The notes: generated from the sequence alone by a model not told the origin. A stretch of DNA of 64,000 nucleotides from Chara braunii (GCA_003427395.1 BFEA01000017.1:58791-122790); one strand, 5' to 3'; numbered from the stretch's first letter, positions 13,451-26,110 are shown. A program made the numbers and translations.

Positions 13451-13889
13451 GGAGATGTTATGCTGACCACCAATTCTGTGACGTTGCAGAATTGGATGTG
13501 AATGATACCATCTTGTCCGAAATACATATACCCATTGCAGGAGGTTGTGGGTGTAAGCCACTTACAACCTCCGGTAGCCGCAAGACACACAGGAATTCTG
13601 CGGTATGGGCAACAAGATGCATGTGGACGATGGTAATAAAGTTAGAAAATGGACCCGTGTTGTGAGCAGGGCGCAAATACGGCTGACGTGGGTATTGCAG
13701 GCCAGAAATCATACATTTGAATTGACGAATGTCTGCTGTGAGCTCAACATTTGACACATGGCCATTGAAGCAAGTGTGAAGACAAGGCGGACGACTCTTG
13801 CGAGCATATGATCCAAGGCCGAGCACACAACACAGTGCTGCACGGGAGTGGAGTCAACTAAAAATGGCCTGCTAGGAGGTTGTGCCGAA

Positions 13890-14260
13890 CAGTGGTCACA
13901 AAGCAAGGGTTTGGACAGTCCTGAGAGCCCACCATTTGTTTGTCTAATGGCACCATATGATAGAGAAATCCCGGTTTCCGCTGTTGGGAAACGCGGTGGG
14001 ACCAGTAGGCGGGCCCGACAAACAAAGCACGAGTCGTTCGGGGCGGGCCGGCCTGGCGAGGCGCGGGTTGGACGGCCCGATAGAGGTTTCGGGGATCCGC
14101 GCCAGATGGTTCCCGAAACATCTATCGGGCCGTCCAGCCGGGAGCCGCTGGACGATCTTAACGGTTGTCGCCGACGGTCTGGAGCGCTTTGTGCTTGCTG
14201 TGTTCGACCGTTTTGGCCGCTTTGTGCGCGCTGTGTTGCTTGCTGCGCTCGGTGCGACGG

Positions 14261-14347
<87 letters not shown>

Positions 14348-16640
14348 GTCCGGTTCGACGAGGGGGTGAAGGCAGGTACAGACGTTCCTCGAGCTCAGGA
14401 GGAGTGCGGCAGACGAGAGGAGGAGAAGGACAAGATCGTGGTTGCGCGGACGTTAGGCGGAGATAGCGGACGAAGGTTAGTTGATTGGTTTTTTTTTTTG
14501 GTTTACTTTTTTTGATCGCGCGAGGTCGCGGTCGGGATGGGAGGGACGAGGAGATCGGGACAAGATCGAGGTCAGGATGGGACAGGAGTCGGGAAGTCGG
14601 GATGGGAGATGGGTTGGGACGCGGTCGGGGAAGCAAGGGGAGAGAGGGGGAGTCGGGACGGGGAGGTCGGGATGGGAGGTTGGGAACGGGAGGTGAGGGA
14701 GAGGTCGGGACGAGGAGATTGGGACGGGGGAGGAGGGAGAGGTCGGGATCAGGGAGGGAGAGTTGGGACGATGTCGAGGTCGGGATGGGATGGGAGTCGG
14801 GAGGTCAGGATCGGAGACGGGTTAGGACACAGGATATCGGGACGGGAGAGGAGGGAGAGGTCGGGATCAAGGAGGGAGAGTTGGGACGACGTCGAGGTCG
14901 GGATGGGATGGGAGTCGGGAGGTCGGGGGGAGAGAGAGAGAAGTCGGGACGGGGACGTCAAGATGGGAGGTTGGGATGCGAGGCGCGAACAGAGGAGGGA
15001 GAGGTCGGGATTAGGGAGGGAGAGCTGGGACGCCTGTTTTTTTTTTTTTTTTTGATTTAAAATTTTTTTGTCGCGCGAGGTCGCGATCGCGATGGGAGAC
15101 GGGAGCGAGGTCGCGGTCGGGATGGGAGGGACGAAGAGATCAGGACAAGATCGAGGTCGGGATGGGACGGGAGTCGGGGGAGTCGGGAAGTCGGGATGGG
15201 AGACGGGTTGGGACGCGGTCGGGGAAGCATGGGGAGAGAGGGGGAAGTCGGGATGGGGAGGTCGGAATGGGAGGTTGGGAACGGGAGGTGAGGGAGAGGT
15301 CGGGACGAGGAGATCGGGACGGGGGAGGAGGGAGAGGTCGGGATCGGGGAGGGAGAGTTGGGACGATGTCGAGGTCGGGATGGGATGGGAGTTGGGAGGT
15401 CGGGATGGGAGACGGGTTGGGACACAGGAGATCGGGACGGGAGAGGAGGGAGAGGTTGGGATCAAGGAGGGAGAGTTGGGACAACGTTGAGGTCGGGATG
15501 GGATGGGAGTCGGGAGGTCGGGATCAGGGAGTCAGGAGGTCGGGGGGAGAGAGAGAAGTCGGGACGGGGAAGCCGAGATGGGAGGTTGGGATCGAGAGGT
15601 TGGGATGCGAGACACGAACAGAGGAGGGAGAGGTTGGGATTAGGGAGGGAGAGAGCAAAGGCAGAGAGGGAGAGGTCGGGACGAGGAGATCGGGTCGGCA
15701 GATCGCAGTCGGGAGAGCGAAGGGATCGGGGAGTCGGGAGGTCTGGATGGGAGACAGTTTATGACGAGGTGGGGATGGGAGACAGTTCGGGACGCGGTCA
15801 GGGAAGCAAGGGGAGAGAGAGAGAAGCCGGGATGGGGACGTCGGGATGGGACGTTGGGACCGGGAGGCAGGTCGGGATTAGGAAGGTCGAGGGAGCGATG
15901 GCAGATGGGAGCAGGTCGAGGTCGGGAGAAGAAAGGGAGAGAGGCTGAGGTCAGGATGAGGAGATCGGGACAAGGGAGGAGGGAGAGGTCGGGATCAGGG
16001 AGGGGATAGGAGCCGGGAGGTCGGGATAGAAGACGGGTTGGGACACAACCAAGAGAGCAAAGGAGGGAGACGCTGCTCGCAGCCGGGAGAGCAAAGCGAG
16101 AGAGCGAGAGAATGGGATGGGAGTCGGGAGGTCGGGATGGGAGACGGGTTGGGACACACTCAGGGGAGCAAAGGAGGAAGTTGGGCTGCGGTCGGGGAAG
16201 CAAGGGCAGAGAGCTCGACGACAACCGAAAGAAAGACAGGGAGAACTTGAGGTGCTGCTTCCTAATGTGTGCATACGTCGGGGCAGAGACAGACAAACGG
16301 AGATTGATGTTTTCGGGTGCCAGGGGGAGACAGAGAACAACTGCGAGAGAGACACTAGGAGAGACAGAGAGAGAAGAGAGAACAAACGGAGAAAAAAACT
16401 CTTTTGTTTTTGGCTAACCGTGTCCTATGCTGTGTGCGTACAACTTCTACTACCCTACCCCCCCGTCCTCGCCTCTCACAACCTTCGCCCTTCTCGCCGC
16501 GGGCGGAGCCGCGGCAGGTCACTTGTTTGTCTAATGGCACCATATGATAGACTGTAAGTGCCCTTTCAGGAGCCGCCAAGCCTCCGGGTGAGTCCCCAAG
16601 GGTACAGGGTGGTCAAACAACGGACCCAAAAAACTGTGTG
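13890..16640. repeat. Inserted GC-rich element: (GA)n plus G-rich GTCGGGA/GGGATGGGA satellite with ~560-bp higher-order units, bracketed by exact 29-bp direct repeats
   Basis: TTGTTTGTCTAATGGCACCATATGATAGA at 13936-13964 and 16523-16551. (GA)n 14263-14344. 14510-15050 is similar to 15065-15650. Outer boundaries approximate. Confidence 0.7.
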
Positions 16641-16880
16641 ATGTGTAGCCGTCTAGAGAGGTCGCAGTGAATAGAGCCGTCGGTGTTGAGGTAGACATCA
16701 GAATTAATGAATTCTAGGGGCTAAATAACGAAGTGATAGTGTGGTTGCCGTATCACGTAGGGACAGACATGACGATGACGCGATTGGTTAGTTTGGGATG
16801 AATAACAAGAATGCCAATGCTGCTGTAGGCGGTAATCAGCAGAGTTATTCTTCAGGACATATGTATGTCTGTATGATGAT

Positions 16881-17095
16881 CAGGGTTGCAAACCCGCCGA
16901 CCGCCGATGCTGATGGCTGACTGTTTTGCAGCCTACCAGTAGGGCCGATCGGTCAGCGGTTTGCCGACAGTCTCTGGAAGGCCATCCACTGATTGTTTTT
17001 TATATCCAAGTTGGGGGCTGTGCTATATCCACTGGGAAGGGTGTTGGGGGGGGGGGTGGGGGAGGGTGGGGGGTATGGGAGGGGTTTGGGGGAGG

Positions 17096-17136
<41 letters not shown>

Positions 17137-17260
17137 GGTTATGGGCATGTTGGGAGGGGTTAGGTGGGAGGTTATGGTGGTCGACTTTTTTTTTTACGGG
17201 GTGCTGACCAGCAGTGACCAGTAGGTGCCGATAGGTGAACCGGTAGGCTGGTCGGTCGCT
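16881..17260. mobile_element. hAT-like MITE fragment with left TIR CAGGGTTGCA and CCGAC subterminal motifs
   Basis: Related right end TGCAACACTG at 21841-21850 with the same CCGAC/GTCGG motifs. Internal poly-G. Confidence 0.5.
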
Positions 17261-17344
17261 ACCACTTGAGGAGGACGGACCATTGGCACGACTACATTGA
17301 TGGTGATGTAAATAACACCCAGAACTGAACGAGCATGATTGCAT

Positions 17345-17700
17345 GGGCTTTTGAAACAGTTTTCACCTTTGGCAGTAGCCGATGCAGATCCCAGGGGTCG
17401 ATCCCTTGACCTCAGCTTACCTGTGTACAGTATCTGTACAGTTCCCTGGAGTTGAACCCGTGACCTGCACGATAGCTAGTGGTAAGTAGGTCACCGTAGG
17501 TTGTAGGCTGTAGGAAGATTCGAACTGTAGACCTGTAGGGTAGGAGTCCAAGTAGAGTCCAGAAGCCCAGCTTTAGTCCTTCTAGAAGGTTGGCAAGTGG
17601 TCAAGTGGTGAGTCTAAGGTAGGCCCACGTTTTTCAGACGAAGACAAGTGGCAAGGTCAACAGGTAGGACCTCAGTGCAACTGCACTGAGTCGACGGTAC
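17345..17700 (+). repeat. Dispersed repeat X (LTR-like composition); inverted copy at ~27150-27560
   Basis: GAAAC.GTTTTCA.CTTTG...CTTACC.GTGTACAGTATC is shared in opposite orientation. This copy is truncated by an N gap. Confidence 0.55.
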
Positions 17701-20039
17701 NNNNNNNNNNNNNNNNNNNNNNNNNNNNNNNNNNNNNNNNNNNNNNNNNNNNNNNNNNNNNNNNNNNNNNNNNNNNNNNNNNNNNNNNNNNNNNNNNNNN
17801 NNNNNNNNNNNNNNNNNNNNNNNNNNNNNNNNNNNNNNNNNNNNNNNNNNNNNNNNNNNNNNNNNNNNNNNNNNNNNNNNNNNNNNNNNNNNNNNNNNNN
17901 NNNNNNNNNNNNNNNNNNNNNNNNNNNNNNNNNNNNNNNNNNNNNNNNNNNNNNNNNNNNNNNNNNNNNNNNNNNNNNNNNNNNNNNNNNNNNNNNNNNN
18001 NNNNNNNNNNNNNNNNNNNNNNNNNNNNNNNNNNNNNNNNNNNNNNNNNNNNNNNNNNNNNNNNNNNNNNNNNNNNNNNNNNNNNNNNNNNNNNNNNNNN
18101 NNNNNNNNNNNNNNNNNNNNNNNNNNNNNNNNNNNNNNNNNNNNNNNNNNNNNNNNNNNNNNNNNNNNNNNNNNNNNNNNNNNNNNNNNNNNNNNNNNNN
18201 NNNNNNNNNNNNNNNNNNNNNNNNNNNNNNNNNNNNNNNNNNNNNNNNNNNNNNNNNNNNNNNNNNNNNNNNNNNNNNNNNNNNNNNNNNNNNNNNNNNN
18301 NNNNNNNNNNNNNNNNNNNNNNNNNNNNNNNNNNNNNNNNNNNNNNNNNNNNNNNNNNNNNNNNNNNNNNNNNNNNNNNNNNNNNNNNNNNNNNNNNNNN
18401 NNNNNNNNNNNNNNNNNNNNAGGTTAGAGGCAGCCATAGCTGCCATAGCTGTAGTTAGTAGTGAGTGTGTGTGTTCGAGTGTTAGAGTGATGCGTGTGGG
18501 ATATCCAGGGGGATCCAGTGCATGTGAACAGTGAGATGTTTGGGCGCTGAAGTCGCCATAGCCATTTGAGAGTGAACTCGTATCTGAAGCCATATCTCTG
18601 AGTTTTGAGTGGGCGCANGTCGCCAGTGTGCTGCGTACTGTTTACATGTGTGAAAAGTGTGTTTGAAAGCGAGTCTGATTGCACTTTGATCAACGCCGGA
18701 TAATTGCAACTCACAGTGCTCTGCATGGACTGCAGCGGGCACATAACGAACCTGCTTTTTGAATCAATGTGCAGGATTGTACACAGATGTGTGTTGCAGT
18801 CATGGTGTGCAGCCTAATCAACCAGAACATTCTATTGCCAGTAGTGGGACAAGGGGCATGATTGTAGGGGTCATGCACAGGAGGTCACTGAGGATTTGTG
18901 ATGTACCACAGGCGCAAGGCTCCCCGTTAAAACCCCTTTCCTGATTTACACCTTGGCTTTCTGGCATCATGAGAAAACAATTTAAGTTTTGAGATGGAGA
19001 CCCACTGAGATCTTCACATAAGGGATAGGATCAACATAAAGGACGGGCAATGAGGATGCAACAATCAATGACAGTGGTAACTGGATGGAGCATTGTCTTA
19101 GGCCCATTGGCTTAAACCACCAGTACTTGGCCCATACATCGGCCGTGGCAGAAAATAGAATAGAAGTGTTTCTAGTCGGATGAGTTTCCGCGCTCCCCAA
19201 GTGGCTCGTTCGTTCGTCATTGTCGCGGCGTGTTGACCGCCGCGACTGTAGGAAGTACTGGTGGTTTGAAGGACCAGTACATCCGTGCCTCTTTTGTATC
19301 AGGTGGATTCCCACTGTGCGCCATGGTTTGTCGAAATGCCAGCGTGGTTTTTTTTTTTAGTTTTGGCTGGCGTCGCCAGCCATTTTGGTGTGGTTGCCCT
19401 GAGCCTCGGATTTTCAAGTTGGCTGGGGCCATGTACTGGTGGTTTAGCCAGGGATACTGACCACGCCCCGAGCAGGTGGCACTGGCCATGAAGTTTTTCA
19501 AGCAATGGCCCGACTTGTGTACAAATGCCTCCACCTGTGAGGGTCCTCAGGGCTACACTGCCCTAGACGTCGGGCACAGCAGGAATACCTATTCTGGTTG
19601 GAGGGATTTTGGCCATGCGAAGCGAAATCATACCATTGATGAAGACAGACAACAGTTCTGGGTGGAAAGGTAAGCCTGACATAAGATGAAACAACAGTAC
19701 TGTATTTGGTCCACCACAACAAAAGGTAGCACCCCTACATCTTATCCAGGTCAGCGAATAAGAATGATACAAAACAAATGTTAATATCTCAGAGTCGGAA
19801 AGCATGTCCAGGATAAAGTGAGAATGACCTGCTAGTACAGGTCTGGCATAGCCACCCGATCCACTATAGCGGAAAGCTAGAAAGACCGGAATGTGTGTTT
19901 TAAACAACCACAGCTATCTGTTCTCCACCTGGATGTATAGGTGTCTTACTTGGAACAGCCTTACCATAATGATATTTTCAAAGAGAGAGAATTTTCAATT
20001 TTGCTGTTTTGTCGAAAAGACCATTTCATTGTTGTATTC

Positions 20040-20600
20040 TGAGTGGTGTAAGGCCTACCACGTCTGTGTACATGAGCAAAGGATGTGTACACACCTTTTT
20101 GCCTTTCAGCATTCTTGCATCCTATATTTTGTCTGTTCTCTTAGTGATGGTCATTTGCATGCATTTAGTAGTTCTGCATGAGGAACAGAGGAGGAGGGGG
20201 GCGGGTGGGGGGGGGGAGGGCAGGGAAGGGAGAATGAGGGAGGGAAAGAACAGGGGAAAAGGGACCCCATTAGATCCTCAATACTCACCATTTATAACAG
20301 ACTGCCGGAGAATGGCATGAAAGCTAGTGTCACAACTTTATGGAGGAGCAAGTATTGCCTATGGTGGGCAGCTACCCCCACAAACCTGGGAAGACCGGTT
20401 CAGGTCGGTTCAGTTGTAGCATGTGGTAGAACTGCATCCAATCTTCGCAGATACAGTCACACGTGTCTGGTGTAACGCAGCCAGGTATCACAGGCAAAAT
20501 CGCTTCCGCATGCTAGGAGCGCAGAGGTGAGGTGATTGTAGTTAGATAGGCACTGCTATTCCAGCCCTTATCTGCAGAAAGGACGTGCTTAGAACCTGGA
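20040..20600 (-). pseudogene. RING-like repeat family, copy R2
   Basis: Homologous to 23160-23830 and 42230-42450. Retains splice donor GTGAGT (20288-20283) and downstream exon NDHH*ENRQNIGCK. Confidence 0.65.
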
Positions 20601-20634
20601 AAGAACAGAACCAGCAGTGTACTTATGTATGCTT

Positions 20635-20752
20635 GTCTGTCTGTCTGTGTCTGTCTGTCTGTCTGCCTGTCCATCTGTCTGTCTGTTTGTCTGTCAGTGT
20701 ATCCGTCTGTTTATCTGTGAGGTAAGCCGTCTGTCTGTCTGTCTGTCTGTCA

Positions 20753-20799
<47 letters not shown>

Positions 20800-20800
20800 A

Positions 20801-20856
<56 letters not shown>

Positions 20857-20857
20857 N

Positions 20858-20952
<95 letters not shown>

Positions 20953-20990
20953 GTTTCTGTCTGTCTGCCTGTGCATCTGCCTGTCTGTTT
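20635..20990. repeat. (CTGT)n microsatellite
   Basis: Direct observation. Confidence 0.98.
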
Positions 20991-21119
20991 GCCTGTTTGG
21001 CTTTGACAAGCGCACAGCAACTCCTTTTCCACCCAGATGCACAGGTATCATATTTGGAACAGCCGTACGATGTAGAATTTTTAAATGATTAAGGTGTTTT
21101 GGCGAAATGGCTGTTTCAA

Positions 21120-21670
21120 TGCAATAGGGTGGTGCAAAGCGTGCAAGGTCTGTACAGTTGAGCGCAGGATGCGAACACACCCGTTTGCCTTCGAGCACAC
21201 TTGCACCTTATATTTTGTCTGTTATTTTGGTGAAGCTCATTCATTATACATTTAGCAGTTCTGCACGGGTAACAGGATGGGGGAAGGAAAAGGGAGGGAG
21301 GGGAGGAGAAGGCAGAAAGGTGGTGTGAAAGGACAGGGAAAAGGGGAACCCCAGTAGATTCTGAATACTCACCCAGTACAAGGGACTGGCGGAGAATGGC
21401 ATGAAAGACAGCGGCCACTCAAGGTTAGTGCTGCAGAGAAAAAGGAATGGAGGAGCCGGTATTGCGTGTGGTGAGCATCCACCTCTGCAGATCAGGCTAG
21501 ACCGGTTCGGGTGTGGGCTGTGGAAGCACCACATCGTATCCTGGCAGTGACAGTCAATGTGTCGAATGGTGCACCACGGACAGGTATCACAGATAACATG
21601 GGTTCTGTAACTAGGAACAGAGGGATGGTCATTGCAGTTATATAGGCACTGCAATTCCGATCCTTCATGG
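21120..21670 (-). pseudogene. RING-like repeat family, copy R3
   Basis: QCLYNC..HVICDTC..CHCQDTMWCFHSPHPN. Donor GTGAGT (21372-21367). Exon NELHQNNRQNIRCKC. Confidence 0.65.
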
Positions 21671-21719
21671 CATTAGAGGGTGGCATGACTGCATGCATAT
21701 CTGTATGTGTGTATGCATA

Positions 21720-21850
21720 TAGGGGTTCTGGACCGATTTTTTTTTTTTTTTTTTTTTATTTTTATTTGCGGGGTGCCGCCGACCCCCGACCGGTAGGTGC
21801 CGACCAGCCGACCAGTCAGGGGTCGCCGACGGTCGGCGTGTGCAACACTG
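21720..21850. mobile_element. Right end of hAT-like MITE
   Basis: Ends ...GTCGGCGTGTGCAACACTG, inverted relative to the TIR at 16881. Confidence 0.45.
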
Positions 21851-22573
21851 TTCCGGACAAAAAAGAAGAAAGTATCAAAAAATTCTCAATCGGCAAGCTA
21901 GGCAGCGGCAAATTAGGCTCAATCGAACGAGACAGAATAAAACTCGCTAATTGGTTAATCTGGCCCAGCCAAGGACAAAACCCTAACAACGCGCAGCCTA
22001 CACCCCATTACACCCCCAAGCCAACCCACCCACCCACATACTAATCACAACAGAAGAGGACACCACCTGAGATCCCCCACATTGTGCACCTACACACCTC
22101 TGAAATTCCCAACTCCAACAAAATCCGTTCCCCCAACTGTAACACAGTCCCTCCCTTACCACATTTATCCTCGCTCCCCCGTCCCTAGCCCATAACCCCA
22201 AGCCCACCGACCCAGAATCACAAAACCTTCACCTCCGCACAGACCCCCTCAGTCACCAACCCCCCCACCCAAACTACCCCACATAGAAACTATGGGCATA
22301 TTCAACAGCTTCAAAACACAAATTTCTGACAGGGACAGACCATAAAAACACACCACAGTCAACGAGGGTTCAGGGTTTTAGCTTGAGGGTTTAGGGTTTA
22401 AGGCTTAGACAGAAACAAAGCATACAGGGCTTAGGATGTTAGAGATTTCAAGAGGCTCGTAGGCGTTCCAGACCGCTCTAGCATAACATACCAACCCGAC
22501 AGCATCACAGCTGAGAGGAGCGGGACTGGGTTCAGACAGATTGGCAACAGCCAGGCAGATCTTATAGCACAGG

Positions 22574-25500
22574 CTAACTTAGGCAGCGGTCAGGGGTGGT
22601 AAATCTTTCCTCAGGGAAGTAATCAATGCCGTCCACTCGGACCTCCCAGCCATAATGGGGAGGAGCGTGCGTGATTCTCCCATGTTTTCCATATTGACTT
22701 GCCGGGGGAATAGGAACCGGACTGTCGCTCCCCAGAATGGCAGGAGCCAGAACCAAAAGGTTCTGTTTTCTTAAAAATAATATTTAAAAAAAAAGGAATG
22801 TGGGTTGTCGATTTTCACCGCAGTAGCCCCTGTTCCACCCAGATTAATGCAGCTTTACCTCTATTGCAGACAATGAAGCGCACTTGAGAAAATGAATGTG
22901 TGTTTTAGATTTTCCTCGCAATAGCCCCTGCTCTGCCCACATGAGTAGATCCAAAATCAAAGCAACTTTACCTCTATTGCAGACAATGAAGCACACTTGA
23001 GATGAGCCAATTGGGCCCAATCCAACAATGAAATAGCTTTACCTTTATAGCAAGCAACATCGAGCAAAATAGATCCGTTATTTGAACTTATTTCCCTTTC
23101 GTAAGCATCTTTACTTTGGTTTTCTTTGGGGTACCCATTTTATTTGTTATTGCAGCTCACCTTTTACTAGTCCTCTCACGTACAAGGCTGTCCATATTGA
23201 TTTTGGTTGAGCGCCAACTGCTCCGTCCCCGTGTACCCTAACGGCACACTTGCACGTTATGATAGGAGGCAGAGTCCATTGGGAGGGTATACTCCTGTAA
23301 ATTTTCCTTCAGCTTATATGTTGTCTGTTCTCTTAATGATGCTCATTCCTATGCATTTGTTAGTAGCACACACACAAGTGGAGGGAGGAAGCAAGGGGTA
23401 GGAGGTGGAGTTTTAAAGGAAGCAAGAGGCAGGAGAGAGATGGTGGAGGAGCGGAGTGGAGCGCCAAAAGAACGGAACAAAGCAATGACAAACTTCAGAG
23501 GGTTGTGAATACTTACCGCTGAAGCAGACTGCTCTAGAATGACACGAGAGGTCAGTCAGTGTTTGGGTTGCAAGAGAATCCGAGTGGAGAAGCAGCCATT
23601 GCCTGTGGTAAGTGGCCACACCTACAAACCGGACAGGACCAGTTTGGGTGTGGACTTTGAAAGCACAGCATCAAATTCTCGCAGTTGCTGTTATCTGGAT
23701 CGGATGGCACGGCGTCGACAGATGCCACGGGATGTGTGGCTCCTACATGCTAGGAAACAGAGGCACACCGACAGCAGTTGTATAGGCATTTCCGTTCCAG
23801 CCCCTTTCTACAAATTGGACATCACATGTGTTACATGCCCCGATGGGCGATGTACGTAATAACCGAGGATCCGCAATGTGATGAAAAGGACTGAATGGAC
23901 AATGCAGTGCAAGTAGAATTTCAACAAGCAATGTGCATTCCGATACATACAAAATGGTGCTGAATAGCGCAGGGAAGACTTAGATACAAGACCTGACCTG
24001 ACCGAGACTGACCTCTATCACGTAATACAAGACAGCATAGCAGAATGCTAGAATACCACTGACTAGCCCAATCAATGTTGCAACACAGACCAAACATACA
24101 TCATGTCCATCACAAGGTGTGGAGCCTGGCGCTATACACAGGAAAGAGGCGCCAGGTCCAGACATACACAGAGGAGGAGGGGATCAGACGAAGAAATTCA
24201 ATGTCGAGTCTGGATCCAAATGTCACCAAGCTCTCTCTCTCTCTCTCTCTCTCTCGTAGTCTGCTGATGAAGTGAAGTCAGATAGCGAGAGGGTGAGAAG
24301 GAGATGGTGGACTGAGAAGAGGAAGAAGAAGAACTCTCTCTCTCATGTGTCAGGTACTAACCTGTGAAGATGGCGCTGTGCTGCAGGTACCTCGAAGACG
24401 AAGCTGGAGCAACGGCGCTACAGGTAAGTATCAGTGGCCTCCGCCCAATCTCTCTCTCTCTAGTACTACTCTAGCTATGGCGCCCAGCGCTGAAGACTAC
24501 TGCTAACGCTACAAAGCGCCCAGCGCTGAAGACTACTGCTAGCGCTAATACTACTCCTGCAGCGCTCCTCCAGAGTGCTGCTGCCGAATCCTGAAGACTA
24601 CCTCCTGCCTACTGAACTGCACGTGAAGTGCCTGGGAAGTACCTATGAACTACCTCCCAACTACCTGCAGCCTGCAGGGCGGGCCAGTCTTATATAGTGC
24701 TGGCCCGTCCAGGAGGCTGCTCTTGCCAATGCCAAAACGTGCCAGACCCTGGGGTTGAAGCTCAAACAAAGGTTGTATTGAAAATAGGCCAAAAATGGCC
24801 TGAGCTAAAACCCTGGTCTGGTGCCTGAGTTTTAGGGCAGGTCGAACTGATGAGGGCCTGAAAATGGCCCTCAGTTCCAGGCTGAAAATACTCAGGGGCG
24901 GAGAAGCCCTGATTTAGCCTGAAACGACACAGGGCCTGTAGGTCCTCGGTTTCAGGCTTTCAGGCTGAAACGACACGGGGCCTGTAGGCCCTTGTTTTCA
25001 GGCTTTCAGGCTGAAACTGACACGGGGCCTGTAGGCCCTTGTTTTCAGGCTTTCAGGCTGAAACTGNNNNNNNNNNNNNNNNNNNNNNNNNNNNNNNNNN
25101 NNNNNNNNNNNNNNNNNNNNNNNNNNNNNNNNNNNNNNNNNNNNNNNNNNNGGGGCCTGTAGGCCCTTGTTTTCAGGCTTTCAGGCTGAAACTGACACGG
25201 GGCCTGTAGGCCCTTGTTTTCAGGCTTTCAGGCTGAAACTGACACGAGGCCTGTAGGCCCTTGTTTTCAGGCTTTCAGGCTGGAACTGACACGAGGCCTG
25301 TAGGCCCTTGTTTTCAGGCTTTTTGCCTGAAAACAACACGGGGTCTGTAGGCCCTCGTTTTCAGGCTTTCAGGCTGAAAATGACACGGGCCTGAAAATGG
25401 CCCGTGCAGCCTGTTGCAGGCGCAGCATGTAACACATGTCAGGGTGGCTTACATGGGTGCAATGTTGATTGTCATCATAAATATGAAAACAAAAACTTGC

Positions 25501-25640
25501 ATGGACTATGCCTTCATAATCCGCACAACACAACGCATGTGAATCACATGTTAGCCGAATCTCAGGTGGGCCATCATGAGCGACATTGAGCAGGTTTCTT
25601 GGGTTTCCGCAGTCATCATTTCCTCTTTGTGGACAGACGA
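22574..25640 (-). pseudogene. RING-like repeat family, copy R4 (most complete, multi-exon), split by solo LTR Y1
   Basis: Exon LTCDSHALC..HPDM | LTR | CPICRKGLERKCLYNC..HPNWSCPVC. Donor GTAAGT 23516. Branch TACTAAC 23365-23359 plus AG 23350-23349. Donor GTGAGC 23160. Candidate last exon 22762-22574 (low confidence). Confidence 0.6.
23829..25434 (-). mobile_element. Solo LTR Y1 (gypsy) with ~41-bp tandem repeat array
   Basis: TGTTACATGC...GCATGTAACA termini and CATG TSD. Empty-site paralogue at 42220-42223. TATATAAG on the - strand at ~24690. Tandem CAGGGCCTGTAGGCCC..TTTCAGGCTGAAAC units. Confidence 0.9.
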
Positions 25641-25914
25641 CGACAGGAACTGATCCAGAGGAAATGAATGTGTGTGTGTATGTTATGCGTCTGTGTGTGC
25701 ATACATAATGCCTATATGTGTGTACACAATGCCTGCGTGCAATGCCTAGGTGTAGTGACGGGCATGCAAGCATTGATGGATGGATTGATATGTAAGGTAC
25801 AAGTGTAGAAATGACTTGCAATCTAGCAGAACAGCAATCTTTCATGACCAAGATCAAAGCACGAATGAATTCAGTTGCAGAAGAGTCACGATCATCCAAT
25901 CAAAGCATGTGCAG

Positions 25915-26110
25915 ACTACCACTACTACTACCACTACTACCACTAACACTTCTACTAGACTACTACTGCTATCTACTACGCCCACCACAACCACTACGAC
26001 TTCGACTAGTAATTGGTGGTAATAATAATAGCAATAGTAAACAAATAAATACAAAAAGAATGATGATGATGACGATGACGATGACGATGAAGCTGACGCT
26101 GACGCTGATG
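25915..26110. repeat. Degenerate (ACT)n / (AAT)n / (GAT,GAC)n trinucleotide microsatellites
   Basis: Direct observation. Confidence 0.85.

Noticed and set aside
14480-16300. Gly/Arg-rich ORFs
   Set aside because: By-product of the G-rich satellite; open in all frames.
16881-21850. A single 5-kb hAT element carrying RING copies R2/R3
   Set aside because: The ends are inverted-compatible but the flanks ATGATGAT / TTCCGGAC do not match, so two partial MITEs are more likely. Not fully excluded.
24843-24880. CTGATGA-hairpin as a hammerhead ribozyme
   Set aside because: Stem II is followed by TCAG rather than GAAA, and CTGATGA is not conserved in Y2 or Y3.
24900-25400. ~41-bp palindromic repeats (also 32130-32290, 36520-36700) as a CRISPR array
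   Set aside because: Head-to-tail tandem units with no unique spacers, inside LTRs; no cas genes.
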